A stretch of 64,000 nucleotides of DNA from an uncultured delta proteobacterium (GCA_963824555.1 CAWGPW010000025.1:30469-94468), one strand, 5' to 3'. Numbered from the stretch's first letter, positions 53,642 to 63,896 are shown. Translations and numbers: made by a program. Notes: generated by a model from the sequence alone, not told the origin.

Positions 53642-55914
53642 GATTTCGTCTGGTCCACAAGCTGGCCACCTACCTGCTGGCCGCCACCGCCGTGTTCACG
53701 CTCGCCACCTCCAGCATCCTGTCTTCTTTCACCTTGGTTCTGGTGGTTCTCTTCTCGGCGCTGTCCTGGTACGCGGATCCGGAAACCCGCCTCGGCCAAA
53801 ACATCGGCCGGGCGACGGTCCTGTTCAACGTGATGACCCTGATCCTACTGGCCGGCGCGGTCTTTCAAGTCGCGCGCAGCTTTCCCGACGTCGATCTCTT
53901 GCCCTTCCTCGACTTCGTGCTCTTCCTGCTCGTGCTCAAGCTGTGCCAGCGCCGCTCCAACCGCGACTACCTGCAGGTCTACATTCTGTCCTTCCTGGTG
54001 ATACTGGCCGCCGCCTGGTTGGCCACCAGCGTGGTCTTCATCGTGGGGTTCGGTTTCTATGTCCTGCTCGCCACCTGGACCCTGGTGCTCTTCCACCTCC
54101 GCCGCGAGATCGAAGAAAACTATATCGTCCGCCACGCCAGCGAATCGAAGACCGAGCAGGTGACCGCCACCCGCGTCCTCAACTCGCGCCGGGTAGTGGG
54201 TCCGGCCTTCTTCACCGCCACCGGCGTGGTGGCTTTACTCGTGCTCTTGGGCTCGTCGCTGGTCTTTGCCATGGTTCCGCGCGTGGGCCTGGGCTTCATC
54301 CTGGGCGGCGTGCGCCGTCCCGTCGGCGTGGCCGGCTTCACCGACGAGGTCAAGCTCGGCATGTACGGCGCGATCTCCACCGATAACGAAACCGTCGTGC
54401 TTCGCTCGCAGGTACCGGCCATCGCGGCCATCGCCGACGACGGCGCCCGCGATCGGGTCATCTCGTCCCTGTACTGGCGTGGCACCGTCTACGACACCTA
54501 CGACAAGGGCCAATGGCTACGTTCGCGCGATGAGAAGGCGCGCACCCAACTGGCCTCGTTCCAGTCGCCCATCGAGCTCAGTCGGGGCTACCTTCTCACC
54601 GACCCATTCGAGGTCAATCCCCCGCGCGGTTGGAGAGCCTCCATCAGCGGCGCCATCGAACAGACCATCGAGATCGTCGCCCTGTCGCACCCTGTGGCCT
54701 TCGCGCTCGACCGCCCCGTGCTCTTCGAGATCCCTCCACCGCCGGCGGGGTCGTTCACGGCGGTCGACATGGAGGCGCGTTGGTCCGACGAAGTATCGCT
54801 GCGCATGTTCCGCGTCAATCCGGCCAATCCCTACGACCGCCATCAAGCCATGACCGAATTCCTCGGCGCTCGCTACCGCGTCTACTCCCGCACGACCGAC
54901 CGCACGCACCCCGGACGCGTCAACCTGACCCCGGAACAACTGGCGCCAAAGGTGCTCGACAACTACTTGCGGGTTCCAACCTCGCTGACAGCGCGCGTGT
55001 CGGCCTTGGCCAGAGAAATCACGGCCGGACAGCCAACGCCCGCCGCCAAGGTGCAAGCCGTGGTGGCGTGGTTGCAGCGAACCCACGGCTACACCACGAA
55101 TCTGAAACGCGACGAGCGCATTGTCGATCCCCTGGAAGACTTCCTCTTCGCCGAGAAGGACGGCCATTGCGAGTACTTCGCCTCCGCGGCGGCCATCCTC
55201 TTGCGTGCGGGTGGCGTGCCCACGCGCTACGTGAATGGTTTTCTCGGCGGGGAATGGAACAACCTGCGCCAGGCCATCACGGTCAGGGAGAACCGCGCGC
55301 ACGCGTGGATCGAGGCCTATCTGGGCCGCGAAGGCTGGGTGCGTGTCGACGCGACGCCGGCCCTCAGCCGCACTTCGCGCATGGGCACGTTCCGACAACT
55401 GCTCGACTCTGCCGAGCTGTTCTGGAGTCGCTGGATCGTGGAATACAACGCCAGCCAGCAGCTCCTGCTTGCCCAACGACTGGGGCGGCGGCTTGGATTC
55501 TCGGGTCGAGCCTTCGACGGTGGACATCGTGCCGCCGGACTTACCCGGAGGCAGGCGCTTGTCGTAGCTGGCATCCTGGTGCTCGCCATCGCCGTCATCG
55601 GTCAACGCAAGCGCCTGTTCGGCTGGCACAGGAGGCGGTCGACCGAGGACAGGGGCCAGCCCGGCGAAGTCCCCATCGCCCGCGTCTACCACGCAACGGT
55701 CAGGCGACTGGCCGCCGCCGGCCTCCCGCGCCGCCCGTGGGAAACCCCACACGAGTACCTGGCCCGCCTGGAAGACACCAATCTGGAAGGCGCCGCCGTG
55801 CTCGCGCGCCTGACCGAGCTTTACGCGTCAGCCTGCTATGGCGAGGTGGAAATTCCTGCCGAGGTCGTGATGCGCATCAGGAGTGAATGCGGCCAGATCG
55901 GCATTTCGGAGTAA
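53638..55914 (+). CDS. DUF3488/transglutaminase-like membrane protein (TgpA-like)
   Basis: GTG overlaps the DUF58 TGA; 5-6 TMs; YWRG, GHCEYFA (Cys), AHAWIE (His), RVDATP (Asp); DUF4129-like tail. Confidence 0.92.
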   Translation: MRFRLVHKLATYLLAATAVFTLATSSILSSFTLVLVVLFSALSWYADPETRLGQNIGRATVLFNVMTLILLAGAVFQVARSFPDVDLLPFLDFVLFLLVLKLCQRRSNRDYLQVYILSFLVILAAAWLATSVVFIVGFGFYVLLATWTLVLFHLRREIEENYIVRHASESKTEQVTATRVLNSRRVVGPAFFTATGVVALLVLLGSSLVFAMVPRVGLGFILGGVRRPVGVAGFTDEVKLGMYGAISTDNETVVLRSQVPAIAAIADDGARDRVISSLYWRGTVYDTYDKGQWLRSRDEKARTQLASFQSPIELSRGYLLTDPFEVNPPRGWRASISGAIEQTIEIVALSHPVAFALDRPVLFEIPPPPAGSFTAVDMEARWSDEVSLRMFRVNPANPYDRHQAMTEFLGARYRVYSRTTDRTHPGRVNLTPEQLAPKVLDNYLRVPTSLTARVSALAREITAGQPTPAAKVQAVVAWLQRTHGYTTNLKRDERIVDPLEDFLFAEKDGHCEYFASAAAILLRAGGVPTRYVNGFLGGEWNNLRQAITVRENRAHAWIEAYLGREGWVRVDATPALSRTSRMGTFRQLLDSAELFWSRWIVEYNASQQLLLAQRLGRRLGFSGRAFDGGHRAAGLTRRQALVVAGILVLAIAVIGQRKRLFGWHRRRSTEDRGQPGEVPIARVYHATVRRLAAAGLPRRPWETPHEYLARLEDTNLEGAAVLARLTELYASACYGEVEIPAEVVMRIRSECGQIGISE

Positions 55915-55924
55915 TCCAGGCGGC

Positions 55925-56047
55925 CTCAATCTCGCCGCCGGGCCGAAAGCCCGGATTCTTCAGGCATGAAACGTGACAGCTCACCCGCCTCGCTGCGCTC
56001 GGCGACTTCTCCCCGCTACGCGGGGCGAGGTGTTTCAGGTCAGGGTT
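55925..56047 (-). mobile_element. MITE/REP-mosaic element, copy 3 (short form lacking the ~65-bp internal module)
   Basis: Reverse complement reads aaccctgacctgaaacacctcgccccgcgtagcggggagaagtcgccgagcgcagcgaggcgggtgag...tttcatgcctgaagaatccgggctttcggcccggcggcg. Confidence 0.7.
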
Positions 56048-56240
56048 GCAGCCAGCCCGTGACCGGCTTCGCCAGGAATTCGTCGACCGGAACGCCATCG
56101 CCGCCCACGAGCAAGCCGCGCTTCACCTTGAACGCCTCGGAAAACGCTGCCAGGCCGGGCAGCGCGGACGGAGCCCGCCCACTCTTCACTTCGATCGCCA
56201 CAGCGCGCCCCGAACGTACGACGAAGTCCAGTAGAACAAC
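56040..56240 (-). pseudogene. 3-prime remnant of an AAA ATPase/DUF4143-type protein
   Basis: DFVVRSGRAVAIEVKSG...LLVGGDGVPVDEFL resembles the C-terminal nuclease-like segment of that family; no upstream ATPase part; stop codon lies inside repeat copy 3. Confidence 0.6.
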
Positions 56241-56455
56241 TCGCAATGACCGCCCGCCGCCGCGTTGGCTAGATGCGCTCGGGCAGCTAGAATGGCAAGG
56301 TGCTTTGCCAACTTGGCGAAAGCTTAGGACTCTCCATGCCAGCCGATCAGAGATCCCCCCAGAACCGCGCCAATCGTGGAACTTTCCATCACGATATCAA
56401 AGAGATAGAAGCAAGCCCTAAACGGCATCCGCATTGCAGTATCCTGTTTTGGTAC

Positions 56456-58560
56456 ATGCGCTCAGCACCTCTCGTCCTCAGATCGGCACTCGTCGGCCTC
56501 GTCGCTACTTTTGCGCTCTTCGCCCCCGGCAGCGCCTCGGCGCAGTATGGCACCGGTGGCACCATCGGATACGGCACCGGCGGTATCACGGGTTCCACGA
56601 CGCTCGCCGCCACGGACTTCACCATTCTCTTCGAGGGCTACTTCAACGGGCAGTGGGTGCAGATGAACTCGACCACCCAGCAGTACTATTTTAACCAGGC
56701 GCGCTGCCTGTGTGACACGGACCCCAACGGCGAGTTCCAAGTGATTGTCCAGCCAGCTTCCGGCGCCGGAGCGAAAATTCAGACTGCAGCTCGAAAGCAG
56801 CCTGACGGGAGGGGGGCAAGGCGCATCGTACCTATTCGCGAGCGCCCAGGGTTTCGACTGTCTTAATCCAAACGCTGTTATCGGTTACGGCCTCGCAAGC
56901 GTATGCACCAATCTCATCGACCCGGGCAGCGGCTACAAGGGAGCACTCTTCTCGAGCATGGCGGCCTTCGGGAACGTGAATTACATTCCAAGTGGTCCGA
57001 TTCCCGTTGCCTACCTCTTCAACTCCCTGAGCAACCCCACATGTGGTTACAATGGCACTTGTCATTCGGCCGCCCAGTGCAGGACGACGAGCACGCAGAC
57101 GAATCTTCAATTCTGGGTGCAAACCAACTCTGGCGTCGCTCCGGACTTCGACCCCGGTCCATCGGCCACCGTGAGCCTGGTGGGTTATGTTCCGGTCGAC
57201 ACCCGCCGACGTCGTAGCCGAGGGCGGCAACGAGGCGCTGAAGGTGAGTTGGGACTGGGGTGGGGTGAACATCGCCACCGACACGACGCTGAGCGGGGTT
57301 CAGATTTTTTGTCAACGCGGCGCCACCGATCAGGTTTTCCCTACCGGCTCGTTTGGTGCGGCCTACCAGACCCCCGCGACGCTGTGCCCGAACAATGCTG
57401 CCGCCGTAGCCGCCGCCACCAGCACCGGCGGTCCGTTCTCGAATCTCGATCCCAGGTATCTGTGCTCGGGACTCATCCCCGCCGTCTCGAACAGCTACCG
57501 CATCACTGGGTTGCAGAATGGAATCCAGTACGGCGTCGGCGTCGCGGCGGTAGACAGGTACGGCAACATCGGAGCCATCGCCAACGTCATCTACGGCATA
57601 CCGATCCCGACTGTGGATTTCTATTCGGAGTACAAGACCGCCGGCGGGTCCGCCCAAGGTGGCTTCTGCGCGCTCGAGCGCTGGCATTCTCGGCGAAGCG
57701 CGGCGGTCGGGATCGGCTTGGCGGGATTGGCTCTCATGCTCGTGGTAAGACGGCGATCGAAAAAGGGCCCTCCTGGCATCGGACCGGTCGTCCTGGTGCT
57801 TGCGACGGGCACGCTTCTGACTGGCCAGGCGCGCGCCCAGGAGGTGTACCACGACAGTTCCTTCCTCGAAGACGACGCCACCGAGGCATGGGGGGGAAGC
57901 CCGCGGCAGTACGCCATCGAGGCGCGCTTCGGGCTGTACACGCCGGACGTCGATTCGGAATTCAGCGGATCGGGAAAGCAGCCGCAGGCGTTTGTCTTCG
58001 GCAGCAAACGACGGCCCATGTGGCAGATGGAATTCGACTGGGAATTTCTGCAGGACTTCGGCACCCTCTCTTTGGGCGGCGTGGTTGGCTACTACAAGGA
58101 AAACGCACTGGCCTGCAAGCAGTCCGGGCTCCAGGCCAACGGCAGCTGCGACGATCGCTCGGGGGACAACACCAGCCTGCGCTTGATTCCATTGGCCGCG
58201 CTGCTGGTCTACCGTATGGATGAAGGCGCCACGCACTGGAAGATCCCCCTCGTGCCCTATGCGAAGATCGGGGTCAACTACACCCTTTGGACCATCACCA
58301 ACGGAAACGGCGACGTGGCGGACGCCGGTGGCGGCCACGGCCAGGGCGCCACCATGGGCTGGCAAGCGGCGGCGGGGCTTTCCGTGCAACTCGACTTCAT
58401 CGATCCGAGCTCCGCACGTGGGTTCGATGCCGATTCCGGCGTGAATCATACCTATGTCTTCTTCGAGGTCGACCACGTGGATGGCTCGGGCCTCTACCGC
58501 AAGGACGTCCTGCACGTCGGCGACAACACCTGGTTCGCCGGGTTGATGTTCGAGTTTTGA
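56456..58560 (+). CDS. Secreted Cys-rich/FN3 protein + internal MYXO-CTERM-like anchor + second signal peptide + outer-membrane beta-barrel (fusion); frameshifts at ~56780 and ~57197
   Basis: Three collinear ORFs (56300.., 56745.., 57187..). Signal MRSAPL...ASA-QY; FN3-like EGGNEALKVSW...YRITGLQNGIQYGVGVAAVDRYGN; GGSAQGGFC-TM-RRRSKK; PVVLVLATGTLLTGQARA-QE; barrel ending FAGLMFEF. Confidence 0.8.
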
Positions 58561-58561
58561 A

Positions 58562-59323
58562 ATGGCGTCAGCGGACGCGCCCCCTGCCCTGCGCACGCTG
58601 AAGCTGGTCGTCGAGTACGACGGCACCGACTTCGCCGGCTGGCAACGCCAGGACGGACAACGCACGGTGCAGGGTTGTTTGGAAGATGCCTTCCGCGCCA
58701 TGACCGGCCAGCCCGTCGTCGTGCGCGGCGCCGGCCGTACCGACGCCGGCGTGCATGCCGAAGGTCAGGTGGCCAGCGTCGAGGTCGCGTCGCGCATTCC
58801 AACGCTGGGGTTTCTGCGCGGAATCAACACCCACGTGCCACCCGCGATCGCGGTCCTCGAGGTGACCGACATGCCCGCGGCTTTCAATGCGCGGCACGAT
58901 GCGCGCGGCAAGATCTACCGCTACCGGGTGTGGAACCATCCCATCCGCTCGCCCGGGCTGGCGCGCTCGTCATGGCACGTCTACGATGCACTCGATACCC
59001 ACGGCATGCGCGAGGCCGCCCGGCGCCTTCTGGGCGAGCACGACTTCCGCTCTTTTCGATCGTCGGATTGCGATCGCCTGAACACGGTTCGCATCATCCG
59101 GCGCTTTGACGTGCGACGAGAGGGCGCGCTGCTATCGTTCGAGGTGGAGGGCACGGCCTTCCTGCGCAACATGGTGCGCATCCTGGCCGGCACCTTGGTC
59201 GCGGTCGGCAAGGGCAAGATGACCCCCGACGAGGTCGCGGCCCTGCTTACCACCTTCGACCGCACCCGAGCCGGCGTCACCGCGCCCGCCTGCGGCCTGA
59301 CGTTGGTGCGGGTGATCTACTAG
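58562..59323 (+). CDS. truA: tRNA pseudouridine(38-40) synthase
   Basis: EYDGTDFAGWQRQ, GAGRTDAGVHA, FNARHDA, GTAFLRNMVR, TAPACGL. Confidence 0.96.
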   Translation: MASADAPPALRTLKLVVEYDGTDFAGWQRQDGQRTVQGCLEDAFRAMTGQPVVVRGAGRTDAGVHAEGQVASVEVASRIPTLGFLRGINTHVPPAIAVLEVTDMPAAFNARHDARGKIYRYRVWNHPIRSPGLARSSWHVYDALDTHGMREAARRLLGEHDFRSFRSSDCDRLNTVRIIRRFDVRREGALLSFEVEGTAFLRNMVRILAGTLVAVGKGKMTPDEVAALLTTFDRTRAGVTAPACGLTLVRVIY

Positions 59324-59355
59324 ACAAAATAACACTGACATACCCGACGCGAACC

Positions 59356-59375
59356 AAGCCAGTCACGGCTGGCTT
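59356..59375. terminator. Hairpin between convergent truA and plsC
   Basis: AAGCCAG-TCACGG-CTGGCTT. Confidence 0.35.
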
Positions 59376-59423
59376 ACGTTCGGAATCCGGGGCGCGTTCA
59401 CAATCTAGGCGTTCCTGCTCACG

Positions 59424-60170
59424 CTAGGTGCTCTTGCTGCCGAGCGATTGGGGGGCTTTCGATTTCTCCGTAAGGAGCTCTTCCACCGCGCTGCGCACGC
59501 GCTCGTTCAGGGTCGTGCGCTCCTCGTCCGAGAGCCCTTGCGTGGCGATGGGCTCGCCGATGATGACGGTCATCGTGCCACTGCGCAAAAGAAGGCTGCC
59601 GGCCGGCATCAGCTCGCGCGTTCCCCGCAGTGCCACCGGCACGATGGGAACCCCGGCCTTGATGGCGAGGTGAAAGCCCCCTTTCTTGAACGGGCCCAGC
59701 GTGCCGTCGCGGGTTCGCGTGCCCTCGGGAAACAGCAAGACCGAATCGCCGTCATGGATGCGCCGGCCGGCCTCGTCGATGCTGCGCCGAGCGGCGACGC
59801 CGTTCTGGCGATCGATGAGGATGAAGCGCCCGGCCCACATGACCCACCCGAACAGCGGGATGCGCGCGAGCTGCTTCTTGGCGATCAAGCGAATGCGGCG
59901 CGGAATCGCCACGAAGACCGCCCAGATGTCGAGCGAGGAGGCATGGTTGGCCATGAACACGTAGGGCGTGTCGGGGACCAGGCTGGCGCGGTTCTCGACC
60001 ACGATCTTCACGCCCGCGAAAGACGTTACCCAGCGCGACCAGGCGCGCGCCAGATCCAGGATGAGATCCCCGCTCTTGTCCACAAGGCGTAGCGCCAAGC
60101 CCACGAGGCTGCCCAGGACGGTGACCACGGCGATGAACAAAACAGTCAAAGCGGCTCTGAGGAACGACAC
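59424..60170 (-). CDS. plsC: 1-acyl-sn-glycerol-3-phosphate acyltransferase
   Basis: NHASSLD (HX4D), FILIDR, FPEGTRT, VPIVPV. Confidence 0.92.
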   Translation of the reverse strand: MSFLRAALTVLFIAVVTVLGSLVGLALRLVDKSGDLILDLARAWSRWVTSFAGVKIVVENRASLVPDTPYVFMANHASSLDIWAVFVAIPRRIRLIAKKQLARIPLFGWVMWAGRFILIDRQNGVAARRSIDEAGRRIHDGDSVLLFPEGTRTRDGTLGPFKKGGFHLAIKAGVPIVPVALRGTRELMPAGSLLLRSGTMTVIIGEPIATQGLSDEERTTLNERVRSAVEELLTEKSKAPQSLGSKST

Positions 60171-60192
60171 GCCAGCATGCTATCCTCTCGCC

Positions 60193-61128
60193 GTGGATTT
60201 CCGGAAGACCTACTACGTCCTCCCCAACCTTTTCACACTGTCGTCCGTACTGTGTGGGTTCGCGTCGCTCGCCCTCTGCGCCTCTGGCCGCAGCGAGGCG
60301 GACCTCTATTTCGCTGCGCTCGCCATCTGCTTCGGTCTGGCTTTCGATACCTTCGACGGCCGCGTGGCACGCCTGACCAAGACGCAGACCGACCTCGGCC
60401 GCGATCTCGATTCGCTGGCCGACGTCATCACCTTCGGCGCCGCGCCGGCGTTGCTGGTGTACAAGTGGGGACTGACCGACTTCGGCTACACCGGAATCTT
60501 CGTCGCGGGCCTCTTCGTCTGCGCTGGCGCCATGCGCCTGGCCCGCTTCAACGTGCTGTCCCGGCGCGACGAAAGCTCGGGACACAAGAAGCCGGGCAAA
60601 TTCACGCTGGGGCTGCCCATTCCTCCCGCCGCCAGCTTGCTGGTGTTCATGGTCATCGTCAGCCACAACAGCGGCGAGTACAAGCTGGTCAGCGAGAGCT
60701 CCACCGCGGTGATCGTGCTGATCTTGTCCTTCTTGATGGTCTCGCGGGTCCGTTTTCGTTCTTTCAAGGAGCTGCGCCTGAGCTTGAAGACGGTGGGCGT
60801 GGTTCTGCTCATCTGCGGCGCGTGCGCGACGTGGGTGATGGGAGGGTTCGCCAAGGCCTTCATCTTCCTATTCCTGGTGCTGGCCTATATCGTTCTTGGA
60901 CTGGCCGAGGAAGTGTTGTTCTACCGCCGTCGGCGCGCGCAAGAGCGCAACGCCAAGCAGCCGGCCATTCAGGAACCGCCCACGGTCCCCGACGAAGAGG
61001 TGCTGCGCGAGCTCGGTGCCTTCGACGACGAAGAGCCCCAGGACCAGCAGCCGTCCGCCAAGGGGAACGGCACCGGCGGCGCAGCCGGCGGACCGACCGA
61101 TGATCCCCTGGTCAACCCGGGCCGCTAG
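60193..61128 (+). CDS. pssA: CDP-diacylglycerol--serine O-phosphatidyltransferase
   Basis: LPNLFT, DTFDGRVARLT...GRDLDSLADVITFG, RLARFN, GLPIP. Confidence 0.9.
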   Translation: MDFRKTYYVLPNLFTLSSVLCGFASLALCASGRSEADLYFAALAICFGLAFDTFDGRVARLTKTQTDLGRDLDSLADVITFGAAPALLVYKWGLTDFGYTGIFVAGLFVCAGAMRLARFNVLSRRDESSGHKKPGKFTLGLPIPPAASLLVFMVIVSHNSGEYKLVSESSTAVIVLILSFLMVSRVRFRSFKELRLSLKTVGVVLLICGACATWVMGGFAKAFIFLFLVLAYIVLGLAEEVLFYRRRRAQERNAKQPAIQEPPTVPDEEVLRELGAFDDEEPQDQQPSAKGNGTGGAAGGPTDDPLVNPGR

Positions 61129-61145
61129 AGCGCGCTATTCAGGTT

Positions 61146-62537
61146 CTAGTTCTTCGCCACCACCGGTGGCAGCGATTTGAGGATCGCGACGCGAGAACGG
61201 ATGGCCTCGAGGTAGGCCACGCGATTGGATGGGCCGGGTTCGCGCTGGACCGAGAGCTTGGCCGGATCGATGTAGTGACCGTTCTTGACCACGCTGAAGT
61301 GGAGGTGCGGCCCCGTGGACAGGCCCGTCGTGCCGACGAAACCGATGACCTCCTTTTGCGCCACCTGCTTGCCCGGCTTGAGTCCTTTGGCGAAACGCGA
61401 GAGGTGGAAGTAGCGGGTCTGCAGGCCGTTCGCGTGCTGAAGCACGATGGTGTTGCCCGAGCCCCTCATCATTTCAGCTTGCAGCACCTTGCCGCTGGCC
61501 GGTGCCCATACCGGCGTCCCGACCGGCGCTGCATAGTCGATGCCGAGATGCGCCTTTATCGTATGCAGGATGGGGTGGAAACGCTTGAGGTCGAATTTCG
61601 AGCTGATGCGCACGTAGCGCAGCGGCGTCTTGAGCATGCTCTTGGCGAGCGCCTGGCCCTTCTCGTCGTAGTAGCGGCCGCGGCCGCGCTCGCCCGTCGG
61701 GTTCCAGTAGAAACCGCGAAAGGTGCCGGTCTTACCGCCGTACTCGGCAGCCAACAGCTTGCCGTATTTGTAGAACTGACCGCCCAGATACTGCTTCTCG
61801 ATCACGACCTTCCAGCGATCGCCGGGATGCGTGTCGGTGTAGAAGTTGATGTCCCAGGCGAACATGTCGACGATCAAGCTGACCAGGGCGCCGGACTCGC
61901 CGGCCTTGGCGACCGACTCGTACAGCGACGACTCGATGGTACCGTAAGCCTGCCCGGTCTTGATCTCGACCGGCTTTTCCTGCTTCTTGGCCCGCCAGCT
62001 TCCATCCTCCTGGCGCGTGACCAGGTAGCGCAGCACCGGCGATGGCACGTACTCGAAGCTCTCCGGCGTGCCCTCGTCGTCGCGGTCGACCTGGTACCGT
62101 TCGCCGGCCCGGATCAATTTGGGATCGATCAGCTTGCCCAGCGCGGCGCTGACGTTGGGCATGGAGCTACCGAAGCCTTCGCGGGCCAGCACCGTGCTGA
62201 GCGTGTCCGACGGCCCGAACTGCCCAGTCAAGGTATTGTCGTCGAAGCTGCCCCCCGGCCCGGTCCCGCTGGTCGCCTTCTGCGCCTTCTTCCCGTCATA
62301 GGCCGCGCCCAGCAGCGAGGGAGGAATCGATTCCGCAAGGGCCTCGTGCTGTCCATCGGACAAGGTCTTGCTGGTCGACACCGGCTTCATGAGACTGCCC
62401 ACCGAGGTATCGTGGCGCAGGAAGAAGTAGTAGACGTTGACCGCCGTCAGCGCGACCAAAAGCGCGCCTAGCCCTAGCGAGCTGCGCAATTGCTGGGGTC
62501 GGCGCCTCTTGCGCCTGGGAACGAGCGGACGGGCCAC
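61146..62537 (-). CDS. M23-family peptidoglycan DD-metalloendopeptidase (MepM-like)
   Basis: N-terminal TM; RISSKF, HLGIDYAAP (HxxxD), TRYFHL, STGPHLHF (HxH). Confidence 0.93.
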   Translation of the reverse strand: MARPLVPRRKRRRPQQLRSSLGLGALLVALTAVNVYYFFLRHDTSVGSLMKPVSTSKTLSDGQHEALAESIPPSLLGAAYDGKKAQKATSGTGPGGSFDDNTLTGQFGPSDTLSTVLAREGFGSSMPNVSAALGKLIDPKLIRAGERYQVDRDDEGTPESFEYVPSPVLRYLVTRQEDGSWRAKKQEKPVEIKTGQAYGTIESSLYESVAKAGESGALVSLIVDMFAWDINFYTDTHPGDRWKVVIEKQYLGGQFYKYGKLLAAEYGGKTGTFRGFYWNPTGERGRGRYYDEKGQALAKSMLKTPLRYVRISSKFDLKRFHPILHTIKAHLGIDYAAPVGTPVWAPASGKVLQAEMMRGSGNTIVLQHANGLQTRYFHLSRFAKGLKPGKQVAQKEVIGFVGTTGLSTGPHLHFSVVKNGHYIDPAKLSVQREPGPSNRVAYLEAIRSRVAILKSLPPVVAKN

Positions 62538-62578
62538 CCCCTATAACCACCACAGCGACGGCGATACGTCAACTTGAG

Positions 62579-62781
62579 ATGGGAACCCTGACCTGAAACC
62601 ACCTCGCCCCGCGAAGCGGGCGAGGGCGCGGCGAAGCCGCGGGGGCAGGTGTAGGGCGTGTAGGACCCGAAGTGCCCCCAGGGCGGAGAGGTCGCCGAGC
62701 GCAGCGAGGCGGGTGAGGGGCCGCCCGTTTCACGCCTGAAGGATCCGGGCCTTCGGCCTGGCGGCGGCACTGGGAGGGTTC
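62579..62781 (+). mobile_element. MITE/REP-mosaic element, copy 2 (right TIR degenerate)
   Basis: Starts ATGGGAACCCTGACCTGAAAC, highly similar to 25102-25300, ends GGGAGGGTTC. Confidence 0.7.
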
Positions 62782-62831
62782 GCTTCGCACTCGGCACCTG
62801 CCACACACCCTGCCTGCCCCACTCCTCCGAC

Positions 62832-63116
62832 CTACACACGTCCTTCGCGCTCGATGAACTGGAGAAGGGCGCGGCCCTTGTCGCGGACGCGCTTCTTGAG
62901 CTCGGCGTGAAGCCGGCGCTCTTTCCAGAGCTCCTCGGTGATTTGCAGGGCGGTCAAGATGGCCAGAGATTGGGTGTCCGCAGCGCGCGTCTGTTTCTGC
63001 AGATCGCGCAGATGCTTGTCGACGTGGGCGGCCATCTCGCGCACCACGCGCTCGTCCTCGTCGCTGCGCAGGGTGAAACGGTGGCCGGCAATGCTGACGC
63101 TGACTGGGGTCTTCAT
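62832..63116 (-). CDS. zapA: Cell division protein ZapA
   Basis: VSVSIAGHRFTL, MAAHVD, LAILTALQITEEL; 94 aa. Confidence 0.88.
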   Translation of the reverse strand: MKTPVSVSIAGHRFTLRSDEDERVVREMAAHVDKHLRDLQKQTRAADTQSLAILTALQITEELWKERRLHAELKKRVRDKGRALLQFIEREGRV

Positions 63117-63196
63117 GCAATCCCTCGGGCGCCGACTTTACCCTCTGCCCGGCCCTGCGTCTCGCCCGTTCCGCGAGCGAACGTGCTAGCGCCGGG

Positions 63197-63571
63197 CTAG
63201 GCTTCGCCGCCCGGATTGGCATAGGCGCCGCCCGCCAATGCGGACAGCCCCAGCGAAGACAGGACCATCCGGTCCTCGAGACTGACATCGATGAACTTGA
63301 TCCCCATGCCGCCGACGTTGGGGGTGTCGCTGACCCAGCGAACTTCTCCCCGCAGCTCCAGCGGATGGTTCCGCCAAGGAATATCGAGCCAGACGCGTAC
63401 GGTTTCGCCCGTGCCATCGAGGTAGTCCGAGCAGAAGAAGAGACCATCCGCGCTCACGTCGGTCACCACCCCCTCGGCGACCAGGCTGTCGCTGACGTAC
63501 CTGGCCGCGATTTCCACCTTCGTCCGCGCGGAGCGCCTCAACTCTTTCGGTTTCTCGAGATATGGCAGCAT
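63197..63571 (-). CDS. PilZ-domain protein
   Basis: RRSAR (RxxxR) and DVSADG (DxSxxG); LRGEVRW, GMGIKF. Confidence 0.88.
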   Translation of the reverse strand: MLPYLEKPKELRRSARTKVEIAARYVSDSLVAEGVVTDVSADGLFFCSDYLDGTGETVRVWLDIPWRNHPLELRGEVRWVSDTPNVGGMGIKFIDVSLEDRMVLSSLGLSALAGGAYANPGGEA

Positions 63572-63823
63572 GGGTGGAAATCTCCAGGGATCGAGCGGAC
63601 ATTCAACTGTATCGGCCGTCGTGTCAACTTCTGTAAAATCAACCCTACCTTGTTCTCCTACGATGGCTAGTTCCTTCACAGCGCGAAGCGCCACACGGAA
63701 TCCAGATGGCGCACACGTTGGAGGCAGTGGGGGACGGATTTTTTCCTTCTGAAAGTCGCGACCCGTGCTACAACAACCCGCCCGGTCATCCGGCCGGGCG
63801 TTTCCTAGCATTTCCGCCCATCC

Positions 63824-63896
63824 GGGCCCATAGCTCAATTGGCAGAGCTGCGGACTTTTAATCCGTAGGTCGCAGGTTCAATTCCTGCTGGGCCCA
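63824..63896 (+). tRNA. tRNA-Lys(TTT)
   Basis: GGGCCCA/TGGGCCC acceptor, GCGGA-CTTTTAA-TCCGT anticodon arm, GGTTCAATTCC T arm. Confidence 0.96.

Noticed and set aside
56286-56312. Inverted repeat TGGCAA-N6-TTGCCA as a sigma-54 promoter or operator
   Set aside because: GG-GC spacing is 11 rather than 10, and there is no second copy to define an operator.
62540-62832. 6S RNA at its usual position downstream of zapA
   Set aside because: The interval is occupied by repeat copy 2 and shows no end-to-end rod pairing.
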